The translations under genes and the position numbers were made by a program. A DNA stretch of 64,000 nt from Anaeramoeba ignava BMAN (taxonomy: Eukaryota > Protista > Anaeramoebae), in NCBI GenBank assembly GCA_028826165.1, contig JAPDFW010000071.1, positions 1 to 64,000 of the forward strand, given 5' to 3'. The notes beneath the pieces are model-generated. The model did not search any database. It had not been told where the DNA came from and saw only the letters and a program-made list of their open reading frames with translations. This document shows positions 1-12,403 of the stretch, piece by piece. Each line of letters begins with the position of its first letter. Position 1 is the stretch's first letter.

Positions 1-249
1 CAAGATTCTTTAGATATTTTTACTGGAGAATTTGATATTTCTTCTGATAATTCTAAATTACTTGATAATTATAATGAAAGACCTTTTTGGAAATTAATTT
101 TACTTATTTTAATTACTCTTCTTTTATTAATTATTCTTTTGATTAGTTTTGGTAAAATTGGTAAAAATTTAACAAAGAAAACTTCAAGAAAATTATTAGG
201 ATTTCCTCAATTAATTAAAGATAGTAGTGGAGTTAAAGAGAATATTTAA
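1..249 (+). CDS. SAC1: 3' end of SAC1-family phosphoinositide phosphatase (copy A, runs off window start)
   Basis: Frame 1 reads QDSLDIFTGEFDISSDNSKLLDNYNERPFWKLILL...SSGVKENI* (TAA 247-249). It is near-identical to the C-terminus of ORF 35214-36962 on the opposite strand. Confidence 0.9.
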   Translation, partial: QDSLDIFTGEFDISSDNSKLLDNYNERPFWKLILLILITLLLLIILLISFGKIGKNLTKKTSRKLLGFPQLIKDSSGVKENI

Positions 250-751
250 ATTTTTAATTCAAAAACCAAAACAAAAACCAAATTTCATTTCAATTCAATT
301 CAATAAAAAAAATTTCAATTTCTTTTTCTTTTTCTTTTTTTATTAAGAAAGAAAAATTTCAATTAATTTGATTTTAATTTTAATTTTATAAATGAATTTG
401 AAATGGGATTTCAATTTTAATTTTTAATTTTAATTTTAATTTTAATTTTGATTTTAATTTTAATTTTAATTTTAATTTTAATTTTGATTTTAATTTTAAT
501 TTTAATTTTATATTTTAATTTTAATTTTAATTTTAATTTTAATTTTAATTTTAATTTTAATTTTAATTTTAATTTTAATATTAATTTTAATTTTAATTTA
601 AATTTTATAAATGAATTTGAAATGGAATTTTTGATTTTAATTTTGATTTTAATTTTAATTTTTAATTTTTAATTTTAATTTTAATTTTAATTTTATAAAT
701 GAATTTGAAATGGAATTTTAATTTTTGAAATTGAATTTGATTTTAAATTTT

Positions 752-2192
752 TTAAAATTCTTGATAATTTGAAATTGGATCATTTTTCCTCCATTTATAA
801 AAATAAAAGCCAGTAAAAACACCAAAAAATAAAGAAGCAATAACACCAAAACTAGCACCAGCAGCATTACATTTAGAACAACTTTCAATAATAGGAGATG
901 GAGTTGAACTAAAACATGTTAATTTTGTTAATGTATCAATTTCAATATTAAGTACTGTATCTGTATCATGATAATATGCTGTAACTACTCTGAATGTTTC
1001 ATAATTATTGCAAAAGAAATTAATTTGCATAAATTTTTCAATATTTGGTTCTACTCCAATGGTATAAATTAATGAAATTCCATCTTCTAAATCTCCTTGT
1101 GCTTTATTTTTGAATTAAATTTATTTTATATTTTTAATTAGATTTATTTTATATTTTTGAATTAAATTTATTTTATATTTTGAATTAAATTTATTTTATG
1201 TTTTTAATTAAATTTATTTTATATTTTTAAATTAAATTTATTTTATATTTTGAATTAAATTTATTTTATATTTTTAATTAAATTTATTTTATATTTTTAA
1301 TTAGATTTATTTTATATTTTTAAATTAAATTTATTTCATATTTTGAATTAAATTTATTTTATATTTTTAATTAAATTTATTTTATATTTTTAATTAAATT
1401 TATTTTATATTTTTGAATTAAATTCATTTTATATTTTGAATTAAATTCATTTTATATTTTATGTTTTGTTTTAAAAATTTACTTATTTGTTGATAAGCAT
1501 AATTTTTAAGATAACCAAAATCAGTGCAAGTTGATAAATTTGCACCAGAAATTACATATCCTGTTGTTAAATCAGGAACACAACAATAACAATCCAAAAT
1601 ATTTGTTATATTAGCACAAATATTAAAAAGGAAAATTATTTTTTGTTCACTATCAGAAAGAATATAAGGATCTTCTGTTTTTCTATTTAATTTTTAATTT
1701 AATTTTAATTTTAATTTTAATTTTAATTTTAATTTTAATTTTAATTTTGATTTTAATTTTGATTTTAATTTTAATTTTAATTTTAATTTTAATTTTAATT
1801 TTATAAATGAATTTTAATTTTAATTTTAATTTTAATTTTAATTTTAATTTTAATTTTAATTTTAATTTTAATTTTATAAATGAATTTTAATTTTAATTTT
1901 AATTTTAATTTTAATTTTAATTTTAATTTTAATTTTAATTTTAATTTTAATTTTAATTTTAATTTTAATTTTAATTTTGATTTAAATTTTAATTTTAATT
2001 TTAATTTTAATTTTGATTTTGATTTTAATTTTTATTTTAATTTTTTTACGTTCTCATTAAAGAACTAAAATCATAATTATGATAATTTCCATTTTCATCT
2101 TTAAATGCAACTGCACAATTTTGTGGTGTTTGTGCATAAATTATAAAACTCATAAAAATTATTCCAAATATTAATTTAATTATAATTTTCAT
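752..2192 (-). CDS. Type I membrane protein, MRH / mannose-6-phosphate-receptor (ATG27)-like, copy A; exons 2192-2050, 1682-1483, 1101-752
   Basis: GT-AG introns join in frame. Signal peptide, YDFSSL, FNIC, spaced Cys, GISLIY, a TM helix and a cytosolic tail ending YQEF (YxxPhi). Inverted twin at 32566-34716. Confidence 0.7.
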
Positions 2193-2825
2193 TTCTTTCT
2201 TTTCTTTTTTGTTAATTAAATTTGAAAAAAAAAAAATGAAATTTAAAAAAAAATGAAAAAAATTTTTTTTGTTTAATTAAAAAAAAAATTTAAATTAATT
2301 TTAATTATTTATTCTAAAAACAAAAATAATCTTTATTCAATTTTTATTCCACTTTCTTTTTAATTTAAATTTTAATTTTATTTTTAATTTTTTATATTAT
2401 TTAATTCAAATCATTTTTTTTGGAAATAAAATTATTCAAATAAATCAAATTTAATAACAAAAAATTGATTTTATTTAATAATTTAAGTTTTGAAATTTAT
2501 TCAACTTCAATCAAATTAAATTTAAAATTGAAATTGAAATTAAATTTAAATTATCAATTCAATTCCAAAAAATAAATCATTATTTTCTTTCTTATCAAAA
2601 TTCAAAATCAAAATTCAAAATCAATAAATAAACATTTAAATTTTAAATTCATCAACTTCATTCCAAATTAATAATTTAGAAACCTTCAATATTTTTATTC
2701 AATTTCAATTTCAATTTCAATTTATGAATGTGAAAATAAAGAATATTTTGAAGATGATAAATAAGAAAAAATTTTTTAAATTAAAATTAAAATTCCAAAA
2801 TTTTTTCATTTTTTTCTTTTTAAAA

Positions 2826-4610
2826 ATGAATGATTGTATATTTTTTGGAAGAAATGAAGCGCCGATTCTTTTAAAAAATGAACCAGATAAAATAACAAAA
2901 CCAATTCAATTTAAATTTGAAAATGAAAATGAAAATGAAAAACAAATTAAACAAATTGCAACAGGTTTTTTTTCAACAATTTTCCTTTTTGAAAATGGAA
3001 AAGCAATAGAATATTTAAATGAAAATGATCCGAATCAAAATCCTCATAAAATCCAAATTGAAAATATTCAAAAAGTAACTGTTGGTGCTAATAATGAAGC
3101 TATTTTAACAATAGAAGGAAATGTATTTGCAAAAGGAAAAGATATTAATCCAGACAATCCAAAAGAATTTATCAATATTTCATCATTAATTGAAGATACA
3201 AATGATAGAATAATTGAAGATATTATTTGTGGAGTTAGTTCAATTTATTTATTAACTTCAAATCAAAATGCTTACGTAATTGGTTCAAATCAATATGGTC
3301 AACTTGGTTTTGATTCTAAAACACTTCCAAAAACACAAAAACCAATTTTAATGATGAAAAATGTTTCTAAAATATTTTCAGGAATTTCATCTTATCATGT
3401 TTTTCTTTTAAATTCAAATCAAGAACTATTTGGATGCGGATATAATGAATCTGGCCAAGTTGGATTAGGAGAATCAAGAAAAGAAAGAATAATACAAGAA
3501 TTAACCAAAATCCAAAATATTCCAAAAGGCAAAATAATTGATATTCAATGTGGAAGATCTCATTCAATAATGTTGATTGAAGATGAAGATGAAAATGAAA
3601 ATCCAAAAAGAAAACTTTATTCATGTGGAAGTTCAAATAACAGATTACTTAGCAGAAATGAAAGTAATTATGAATTTACTGAAATCAAATCATCTTTATT
3701 TGAAAATGATGATGATATTCTTGAAATTTCTTGTGGATATCACCATTCTTTGATTTTAACTTCTAATTCAAAATTGATTGCATTTGGAAGTAATTTATTT
3801 GGCCAATTAGGAAATCAAAATAGAATGAATGATCAAAAAATTCCAATTCAAATTGAACTTCCTGAATTAAGATTTAATGAAAATATTTCTAATTATCATC
3901 TTTCTTGTGGATCTTTCAGTTCATTTCTTTATTATTCTCCTTTTCTTTCTTCTTTTTCCAATCTTGAAGAAGATTTGATAAAACTATTTAGAAGAAAAGA
4001 ATTTTGTAATATTTCATTTAAAACCAAAAATGGAGAAATAATTGAAGCTCATAAATTAATATTGAAATATAGATTAAATCAAAATCAAAATCAAATTGAA
4101 AAACTTCAAGAAATTATTTCAAATAAATCAATTAAAGAATCAAATCAAATATTTGAAATGATTTATTCAAATAATTCCAAAATAAATCCAATATTATATT
4201 CTGAAATTAAAGAAATTATAAATTTAAATGAAAAAATTGAAGAAACAATGAAAAGAATTTATTTAAATGAAAATGAAAATGAAAAAGATTTTATAATTGA
4301 AAGAAAAGAAAAACAATATAAATTTCCTAAATTAATATTAATAATGAGAAGTGAATTATATCGAGGAATGTTTTTATCTGTAACAGAAGATAAATCTAAT
4401 AAAGTTACAGATTATAGTGAATTAAGTAATAAATCATTTCAAATACTTGAATATTGGATTTATTCAAATCAAATTAAAGATGAAATTCAAATTACACAAG
4501 AAATTATTAATGAGATTGAAATTGGAATTGATTATTTTCAATTAAATCAAACAAATCCAAATTTATTTGATTTATTAATTAAGAAATTTAATAATCAAAA
4601 TCAAAATTAA
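2826..4610 (+). CDS. RCC1-repeat + tandem BTB-like protein (paralog 1)
   Basis: RCC1 motifs (GSNQYGQLG, ISCGYHHSLIL, FGSNLFGQLG) followed by EEDLIKLF..EFCN..AHKLIL and RSELYRGMF. Start set at MNDC (2826) by alignment with paralogs. Confidence 0.85.
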   Translation: MNDCIFFGRNEAPILLKNEPDKITKPIQFKFENENENEKQIKQIATGFFSTIFLFENGKAIEYLNENDPNQNPHKIQIENIQKVTVGANNEAILTIEGNVFAKGKDINPDNPKEFINISSLIEDTNDRIIEDIICGVSSIYLLTSNQNAYVIGSNQYGQLGFDSKTLPKTQKPILMMKNVSKIFSGISSYHVFLLNSNQELFGCGYNESGQVGLGESRKERIIQELTKIQNIPKGKIIDIQCGRSHSIMLIEDEDENENPKRKLYSCGSSNNRLLSRNESNYEFTEIKSSLFENDDDILEISCGYHHSLILTSNSKLIAFGSNLFGQLGNQNRMNDQKIPIQIELPELRFNENISNYHLSCGSFSSFLYYSPFLSSFSNLEEDLIKLFRRKEFCNISFKTKNGEIIEAHKLILKYRLNQNQNQIEKLQEIISNKSIKESNQIFEMIYSNNSKINPILYSEIKEIINLNEKIEETMKRIYLNENENEKDFIIERKEKQYKFPKLILIMRSELYRGMFLSVTEDKSNKVTDYSELSNKSFQILEYWIYSNQIKDEIQITQEIINEIEIGIDYFQLNQTNPNLFDLLIKKFNNQNQN

Positions 4611-4807
4611 ATTCAAAATTAAAATTAAAATCAAAATTAAAATTAAAATTAAAATTAAAATTAAAATTAAAATTTAAATTAAAATTAAAATAAAAATCAA
4701 AATTAAAATCAAAATTAAAATTAAAATTAAAATTAAAATCAAAATTAAAATTAAAATTAAAATTAAAAATCCAAAAATCATTTTTTTCATTTTTTTTCTT
4801 TTCAAAA

Positions 4808-6610
4808 ATGAATGATTGTTTATTTTTTGGTTTAAATAAATATCCAAAATTTTTAAAAAATAAACCAGATCAAATAATAAAACCAATTCAATTTAAATTT
4901 GAAAATGAAAATGAAAATGAAAATGAAAAACAAATTAAACAAATTTCAACAGGAAATTATTCAACAATTTTCCTTTTTAAAAATGGAAAAGCAATAGAAT
5001 ATTTAAAAAAAGTTGAAAATCAAAATCGAAATAGAAATAGAACTCAAAATGAAAATCCTCAAAAAATCCAAATTGAAAATATTGAAAAAGTAACTGTTAA
5101 TTCTGGAAATGAAGCTATTTTAACAAAAGAAGGAAATGTATTTGCCAAAAGAAGAAATATCAATCAAAGAAATCCAAATGAATTTATCAATATTTCATCA
5201 TTAATTGAAGATAAAAATGATAGAACAGTTCAAGATATTGTTTGTTCTTCTGATGCAATTTACTTATTAACTTCAAATCGAAATGTTTATAAATTTGAAT
5301 CAAATGAATTTAATCGAATTAGGCCAAAATCAATTCAGAAAAATCCAATAAAACCAATTTTAATGATGAAAAATGTTTCTAAAATATTTTCAGGAAATAC
5401 TTCAAATCATGTTTTTCTTTTAAATTCAAATCAAAAATTATTTGGATGTGGTAGTAATCTATTTGGTCAACTTGGATTAGGAGAAACATTAAAAGATAAA
5501 GCAAAAATAATCAAAAAATTAACCAAAATACAAAATATTCCAAAAGGTAAAATAATTGATATTCAATGTGGAAGATGTAATTCAATAATGTTGATTGAAA
5601 ATGAAAATCAAAATCCAAAAAGAAAACTTTATTCATGTGGAGCTTATTATTGTAACGGATTTGATAAAAATGAAGATATTAAAGAATTTACTGAAATCAA
5701 ATCATCTTTATTTGAAAATGATGATGATATTCTTGATTTTTCTGTTGGGAATCAACATACTTTGATTTTAACTTCTAATTCAAAATTAATTGGATTTGGA
5801 AGTAATTTTTATGGTCAATTAGGAACTGGAGATATAAGTGATCAATTAACTCCAATTCAAATTGAACTTCCTAAATTAAGATTTAATGAAGATATTTCTA
5901 GTTATCATATTTCTTGTGGATTTTTTAAATCATTTCTTTATTATTCTCCTCCTTCTTTTTCCAATCTTGAAGAAGATCTGATAAAATTATTTAGAAGAAA
6001 AGAATTTTGTAATATTTCATTTAAAACAGAAAATGGAGAAATAATTGAAGCTCATAAATTAATATTGAAATATAGGTTAAATCAAAATCAAAATCAAATT
6101 GAAAAACTTCAAGAAATTATTTCAAATAAATCAATTAAAGAATCAAATCAAATATTTGAAATGATTTATTCAAACAGAATAATAAATCCAAAATTATATT
6201 CTGAAATTAAAGAAATTATAAATTCAAATGAAAAAATTGAAGAAACAATGAAAAGAATTTATTTAAATGAAAATGAAAATGAAAATGAAAAAGATTTTAT
6301 AATTGAAAGAAAAGAAAAGAAATATAAATTTCCAAAATTAATATTAATAATGAGAAGTGAATTATATCGAGGAATGTTTTTATCTGTAACTGAAGATACT
6401 TCAAATAAAGTTAAAGATTATAGTGAATTAAGTAATAAATCATTTCAAATATTTGAATATTGGATTTATTCAAATCAAATTAAAGAAGGAATTCAAATTA
6501 CAAAAGAAATAATTGATGAGATTGAAATTGGAATTGATTATTTTCAATTAAATGAAACAAATCCAAATTTATTTGATTTATTAATTAACAAATTTAATAA
6601 TCAAAATTAA
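4808..6610 (+). CDS. RCC1-repeat + tandem BTB-like protein (paralog 2)
   Basis: Intronless 600 aa ORF with the same architecture. Confidence 0.85.
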   Translation: MNDCLFFGLNKYPKFLKNKPDQIIKPIQFKFENENENENEKQIKQISTGNYSTIFLFKNGKAIEYLKKVENQNRNRNRTQNENPQKIQIENIEKVTVNSGNEAILTKEGNVFAKRRNINQRNPNEFINISSLIEDKNDRTVQDIVCSSDAIYLLTSNRNVYKFESNEFNRIRPKSIQKNPIKPILMMKNVSKIFSGNTSNHVFLLNSNQKLFGCGSNLFGQLGLGETLKDKAKIIKKLTKIQNIPKGKIIDIQCGRCNSIMLIENENQNPKRKLYSCGAYYCNGFDKNEDIKEFTEIKSSLFENDDDILDFSVGNQHTLILTSNSKLIGFGSNFYGQLGTGDISDQLTPIQIELPKLRFNEDISSYHISCGFFKSFLYYSPPSFSNLEEDLIKLFRRKEFCNISFKTENGEIIEAHKLILKYRLNQNQNQIEKLQEIISNKSIKESNQIFEMIYSNRIINPKLYSEIKEIINSNEKIEETMKRIYLNENENENEKDFIIERKEKKYKFPKLILIMRSELYRGMFLSVTEDTSNKVKDYSELSNKSFQIFEYWIYSNQIKEGIQITKEIIDEIEIGIDYFQLNETNPNLFDLLINKFNNQN

Positions 6611-6912
6611 AATTAAAATTAAAATCAAAATTAAAATTCAAAATTAAAATTAAAATTAAAATTAAAATTAAAATTAAAATTAAAATTAAAATTAAAATTA
6701 AAAATCAAAAATCAAAATTAAAATCAAAATTAAAATTAAAATTAAAATTAAAATTAAAATCAAAATTAAAAATTTAAAATTAAAATTAAAATTAAAATTA
6801 AAATTAAAATTAAAATTAAAATTAAAATTAAAATTAAAATTAAAATCAAAATTAAAATTAAAATTAAAATTAAAATTCAAAAATTATTTTTTTCATTTTT
6901 TTCTTTTCAAAA

Positions 6913-8871
6913 ATGAATGATTGTTTATTTTTTGGAAGAAATAAATATCCAATTCTTATCAAAAATGAACCAGAATCAATAACAAAACCAATTCAATTTA
7001 AATTTGAAAATGAAAATGAAAATGAAAATGAAAATGAAAAGCAAATTAAACAAATTTCATCAGGTTATTATTCAACAATTTTCCTTTTTAAAAATGGAAA
7101 AGCAATAGAATATTCAAATGAAAATCCTGAAAAAATCCAAATTGAAAATATTCAAAAAGTAAATGTTGGTTATCAAAATGAAGCTATTTTAACAATAGAA
7201 GGAAATGTATTTGCCAAAGGATATGTTATTAATCCAAAAAATCCAAAAGAATTTATCAATATTTCATCATTAATTGAAGATACAAATGATAGAATAATTC
7301 AAGATGTTGTTTTTTCTGTTGAATCAATTTACTTATTAACTTCAAATCATATAGTTTATGGAATTGGTTCAAATGAATATTGTCAACTTGGTTTAGATTC
7401 TAGAAAACTTAGAAAAACAGAAAAACCAATTTTAATGATGAAAAATGTTTCTAAAATATTTTCAGGAAATTCTTCAAATCATATTTTTCTTTTAAATTCA
7501 AATCAAGAATTATTTGTATGCGGATATAATTATGATGGCCAACTTGGATTAGGAAAATCAATAAAAGAAGAAAGAATCCAAAAATTAACCAAAATCCAAA
7601 ATATTCCAAAAGGCAAAATAATTGATATTCAATCTGGATATGTTCATTCAATAATGATGATTGAAGATGAAAATGAAAATGAAAATGAAAATGAAAATGA
7701 AAATGAAAATGAAAATGAAAATGAAAATGAAAATGAAAATGAAAATGAAAATGAAAATGAAAATGAAAATGAAAATGAAAATGAAAATGAAAATGAAAAT
7801 GAAAATGAAAATGAAAATGAAAATGAAAATGAAAATGAAAATGAAAATGAAAATGAAAATGAAAATGAAAATGAAAATGAAAATCCAAAAAGAAAACTTT
7901 ATTCATGTGGAAATTATGAATATAATGGACTTGGCAAAACTGAAAATACTTATGAATTTACTGAAATCAAATCATCTTTATTTGAAAATGATAATATTAT
8001 TGATTTTTCTGTTGGAAATAGGCATACTTTGATTTTAACATCCAAATCAAAATTGATTGTATTTGGAGATAATGAATATGGCCAATTAGGAACTGGAAAT
8101 ACAAATAATCATTTTATTCCTATTCAAATTGAACTTCCTAAATTAAGATTTAATGAAAATATTTCCAATTATCATATTTGTTGTAAAAATGAAAGATCAT
8201 TTCTTTATTATTCTCCTTCTTCTTTTTCCAATCTTGAAGAAGATTTGATAAAATTATTTAGAAGAAAAGAATTTTGTAATATTTCATTTAAAACCAAAAA
8301 TGGAGAAATAATTGAAGCTCATAAATTAATATTGAAATATAGATTAAATCAAAATGAAAATCAAATTGAAAAACTTAAAAAAATTATTTCAAAAAAATCA
8401 ATTAAAGAATCAAATCAAATATTTGAAATGATTTATTCAAACAGAATAATAAATCCAATATTATATTTAGAAATTAAAGAAATTATAAATTCAGATGAAA
8501 AAATTGAAGAGACAATGAAAAGAATTTATTTAAATGAAAATGAAAATGAAAAAGATTTTATTATTGAAAGAAAAGAAAACCAATATAAATTTCCAAAATT
8601 AATATTAATAATGAGAAGTGAATTATATCGAGGAATGTTTTTATCTGTAACAAATGATACTTCTAATAAAGTTACAGATTATAGTGAATTAAGTAATAAA
8701 TCATTTCAAATATTTGAATATTGGATTTATTCAAATCAAATCAAAGAAGGAATTGAAATCACACAAGAAATAATTAATGAAATTGAAATTGGAATTGATT
8801 ATTTTCAATTAAATCAAACAAATCCAAATTTATTTGATTTATTAATTAACAAATTTAATAATCAAAATTAA
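6913..8871 (+). CDS. RCC1-repeat + tandem BTB-like protein (paralog 3) with (EN)36 insertion
   Basis: Intronless 652 aa ORF with (GAAAAT)36 at 7669-7884. Confidence 0.85.
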   Translation: MNDCLFFGRNKYPILIKNEPESITKPIQFKFENENENENENEKQIKQISSGYYSTIFLFKNGKAIEYSNENPEKIQIENIQKVNVGYQNEAILTIEGNVFAKGYVINPKNPKEFINISSLIEDTNDRIIQDVVFSVESIYLLTSNHIVYGIGSNEYCQLGLDSRKLRKTEKPILMMKNVSKIFSGNSSNHIFLLNSNQELFVCGYNYDGQLGLGKSIKEERIQKLTKIQNIPKGKIIDIQSGYVHSIMMIEDENENENENENENENENENENENENENENENENENENENENENENENENENENENENENENENENENENENENPKRKLYSCGNYEYNGLGKTENTYEFTEIKSSLFENDNIIDFSVGNRHTLILTSKSKLIVFGDNEYGQLGTGNTNNHFIPIQIELPKLRFNENISNYHICCKNERSFLYYSPSSFSNLEEDLIKLFRRKEFCNISFKTKNGEIIEAHKLILKYRLNQNENQIEKLKKIISKKSIKESNQIFEMIYSNRIINPILYLEIKEIINSDEKIEETMKRIYLNENENEKDFIIERKENQYKFPKLILIMRSELYRGMFLSVTNDTSNKVTDYSELSNKSFQIFEYWIYSNQIKEGIEITQEIINEIEIGIDYFQLNQTNPNLFDLLINKFNNQN

Positions 8872-8892
8872 TAAAGAAAAGAAAATGAGAAC

Positions 8893-9590
8893 AGATTTAA
8901 TTTAATATTTAATTTATAAATTAATTTAAAAATATAATTTAATATTTAATTCCATTATTAAAATAATAATTTAATGTTTTAAATTTAAATATTTTATTAT
9001 TTAAATATTTAACATATAAATATAAAAAATAAGAATAGATTTAATTTAATATTTAATTTATAAATTAATTTAAAAATATAATTTAATATTTAATTCCATT
9101 ATTAAAATAATAATTTAATGTTTTAGATTTAAATATTTTATTATTTAAATATTTAACATATAAATATAAAAATAAGAATAGATTTAATTTAATATTTAAT
9201 TTATAAATTAATTTATAAATTAATTTAAAAATATAATTTTATATTTAATTTTATTATTAAAATAATAATTTAATGTTTTAGATTTAAATATTTTATTATT
9301 TAAATATTTAACATATAAATATAAAAAATTAGAATAAATTTAATTTAATATTTAATTTATAAATTAATTTAAAAATATAATTTAATATTTAATTTTATTA
9401 TTAAAATAATAATTTAATGTTTTAGATTTAAATATTTTATTATTTAAATATTTAACATATAAATATAAAAATAAGAATAGATTTAATTTAATATTTAATT
9501 TATAAATTAATTTAAAAAATATAATTTAATATTTAATTTTATTATTAAAATAATAATTTAATGTTTTAAATTTAAATATTTTATTATTTA
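8893..9590. repeat. ~143-bp tandem repeat, 5 copies (last partial)
   Basis: Unit start 'agatttaatttaatatttaatttataaatt' recurs at about 8893, 9037, 9180, 9336 and 9479. Confidence 0.85.
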
Positions 9591-9998
9591 AAAATATTTT
9601 GAAAATTGATTTTTGAAATTAAAATTTTATCTTTTTTTTGAATTAAATTGAATTAATATTAATTTGGAAAATTGTTTTAAAATTTAAATTTATTAATAAT
9701 TTTTAAATTCCAAAAAAAAATTAAATTAAAAATTAAATTAAAATAATTTTCCTTTTTTTTTAATAATAAAAATTAATAAAAAATGATAATAATTTATTAA
9801 TAAATTAATTTAAAATAATAAATTAAAAAGAAAATTAAATTAATTATTAATTTAAATTTATTCTCATTTTTTATATTTTTTATTTATTTTCAAAATCCAC
9901 TTTTTTTATTCATTTTTTTTTATTTAAATTTTTTTTTTTCATTTTTTTCCTTTTTTTTTAAAAAACAAAAAACAAAAACACAAAAAACAAAAAACAAA

Positions 9999-11759
9999 AT
10001 GGATAATAATGATAATAACCAAATTCAAAATCAAAATCAAAATCAAAATGAAAATGAAAATGAAATGAAAAATTTAGAAAAAAAAGTAACAAAAAATTTA
10101 ATTAAAGATTATTCAAACCTTTTAAATGGAAATTCATTTAAAGATTTTTCAATTTTTGTTGAGAATAAATCAAATCCTTTTGAAATTAAAGTTCATAAAT
10201 CAATTTTATCTTCAAGATCTCCTTTTTTTAATGAGTCATTAAGGCAAGAATCTCTTTCTATTTCTTTAAATCAATTTAATAAAAAAGAAATGGAATCAAT
10301 TTTGAGTTATATTTATTATGGAAATATTTCTTTTGAGAATCAAGAAAATCTTATTCAATTATTAGAAATTTCAATTTATTTTAAATTAAATTTATTGAAA
10401 GAAATTATTCAAAAAAAAATTTCAAATTCAATTAATTATTCAAATTTTTTCCAATTTTTATTCCAAAATCGAAATTTAAATTCAAATGAAATTGAAATAA
10501 AATGTTTTGAATTAATAAATCAAAATTTTTCCCAAATTCAAAATAATGAAAATTTATTCAATTTAACTAAAGAAGAAATTATCAAATTTATTCAATTTAA
10601 ACAAGAAAAAAAAGAAATTTTTCAATTTGATTTTTTTCAATTTTTAAATAATTGGATTGAAAAAAGAAATGAAAGATTAAAAGGAAAGAAAGAAAAAGAA
10701 AAAGAAAAAGAAAAAGGAATTGAAAAGAAAAGATTATTTCATTCTTTTTTTTCATTATTTGATAAAGATTCAATTTCAAAACAAGATTTTGATAAATTAA
10801 AACAATTTGATTTTTTTCCCAAATCTTTTTTAGTTGATATTCAAAACAAAGTTATTCAAGATAATCAAAAAGAAATTGAAAACAAAGAGAAGGAAATTGA
10901 AGAGAAATGGAAGAAAGAAATTGAAGATAAAAACAAAGAAATTGAAGAGAAATGGAAGAAGGAAGTTGAAGATAAAAACAAAGAAATTGAAGAGAAATGG
11001 AAGAAGGAAGTTGAAGATAAAAACAAAGAAATTGAAGAGAAATGGAAGAAAGAAGTTGAAGAGAAAAACAAAGAAATTGAAGAGAAATGGAAGAAAGAAG
11101 TTGATGATTTGAAAGAAGAGAATCAAGATATGAAACCTATTTTTGATAAATATCGAGATCAATATCAAAAAGATTTGGAATATGAAAAACAAATGAAGGA
11201 ATTCGGAAAAGCATTTGCAGATTCAGAAATTGTTCAAGATATTGAATATGTTAAGAAATTACAAGAATGGATAAATGATAATGATTTTTTTTCTAAAATG
11301 AAAAAAGGATTTTCAGCAAAAAGAGATGGATTTAATTCTCAAAATTGGCATAAAGCAGTTGATGGGAAAGGAAAAACATTAGTTATTATCAAAACAAAAC
11401 AAAATTTTATTTTTGGAGGTTTTACTCAAGTTGGATTTAAACATTCAAATGGAGAATACAGTAATGATTCAAATGCATTTATTTTTTCATTAAGAAATGA
11501 TAAAGGGGATAGAATACCTGCAAAGTTTACAATCAAACAAGGTCATGAAGGATGTGCAATTTATTCTAATTTAAGTTATGGTCCAGTATTTGGAAGTGAT
11601 TTTGGAATTAATTCTAATTTACAACCTGGTTATTCAGAATTTGGTTATAATTATAATCTACCTAATGGAATTACTTATGGAACAAATGAAGCTAATAGTT
11701 ATTTAGCTGGTTCTTATTCTTCATGGGTTGTTGATGAAGTTGAAACTTATTTCATTTAA
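9999..11759 (+). CDS. BTB/POZ + coiled-coil + TLDc domain protein
   Basis: BTB (DFSIFV..IKVHKSILSSRSPFF), five 15-aa repeats KEIEEKWKKEVEDKN (10890-11114), TLDc (FSAKRDGF..WHKAVDGKGKTLVIIKT..FIFGGFT..AFIFSL..GPVFG..VDEVETY). Confidence 0.88.
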   Translation: MDNNDNNQIQNQNQNQNENENEMKNLEKKVTKNLIKDYSNLLNGNSFKDFSIFVENKSNPFEIKVHKSILSSRSPFFNESLRQESLSISLNQFNKKEMESILSYIYYGNISFENQENLIQLLEISIYFKLNLLKEIIQKKISNSINYSNFFQFLFQNRNLNSNEIEIKCFELINQNFSQIQNNENLFNLTKEEIIKFIQFKQEKKEIFQFDFFQFLNNWIEKRNERLKGKKEKEKEKEKGIEKKRLFHSFFSLFDKDSISKQDFDKLKQFDFFPKSFLVDIQNKVIQDNQKEIENKEKEIEEKWKKEIEDKNKEIEEKWKKEVEDKNKEIEEKWKKEVEDKNKEIEEKWKKEVEEKNKEIEEKWKKEVDDLKEENQDMKPIFDKYRDQYQKDLEYEKQMKEFGKAFADSEIVQDIEYVKKLQEWINDNDFFSKMKKGFSAKRDGFNSQNWHKAVDGKGKTLVIIKTKQNFIFGGFTQVGFKHSNGEYSNDSNAFIFSLRNDKGDRIPAKFTIKQGHEGCAIYSNLSYGPVFGSDFGINSNLQPGYSEFGYNYNLPNGITYGTNEANSYLAGSYSSWVVDEVETYFI

Positions 11760-12403
11760 AAATTAATTAATAATAAGAAAATCAAACTTTTTTTTTTTAA
11801 TTTTTTTTTTCAAAATTTAATTCAATTTTAATTTACTTTTAATCAAATTAATTTCTTTAAAATAATAAATAAGAAACAAATTTAATTTTAAATAATTTAA
11901 TTTTAATTTAAAATATTTATTAAAAATTTAATTAATAAAAATAATCCAAAAAAAAATAATAAATTTTAAAAATTGAATATTTTTAATATAATAAATAAAA
12001 ATAAAAATTGAAAATAGAAATTAATAATAATTAAATTTAAATTCATTAATTAAAATATTAAAATAAAAAAAATCAAATAAAATTTATTATTAATTAATAT
12101 TTAAATATTAATAAATTATAATCAAAATCAAAAATAGAATAATTAGTAAATTATTTTTTTAGAAAGTTTATCTTATTCAATCATGTTAAATTCAATTTAT
12201 TTAAAATTTTTAATTTTTATTTTTATTTTTAATATATTTTATTATAAATTAAAATTGAAATAATAAATAATCAAAAATATTAATATAATAAATAAAAATA
12301 TTATATTAAATCAAAATAAAATAAATCTAAATTAAATTATTAATAAAATATTATTAAAATTAAATATTTATCTTTATTAAAAATATTTCAATTTTCTTTC
12401 AAT

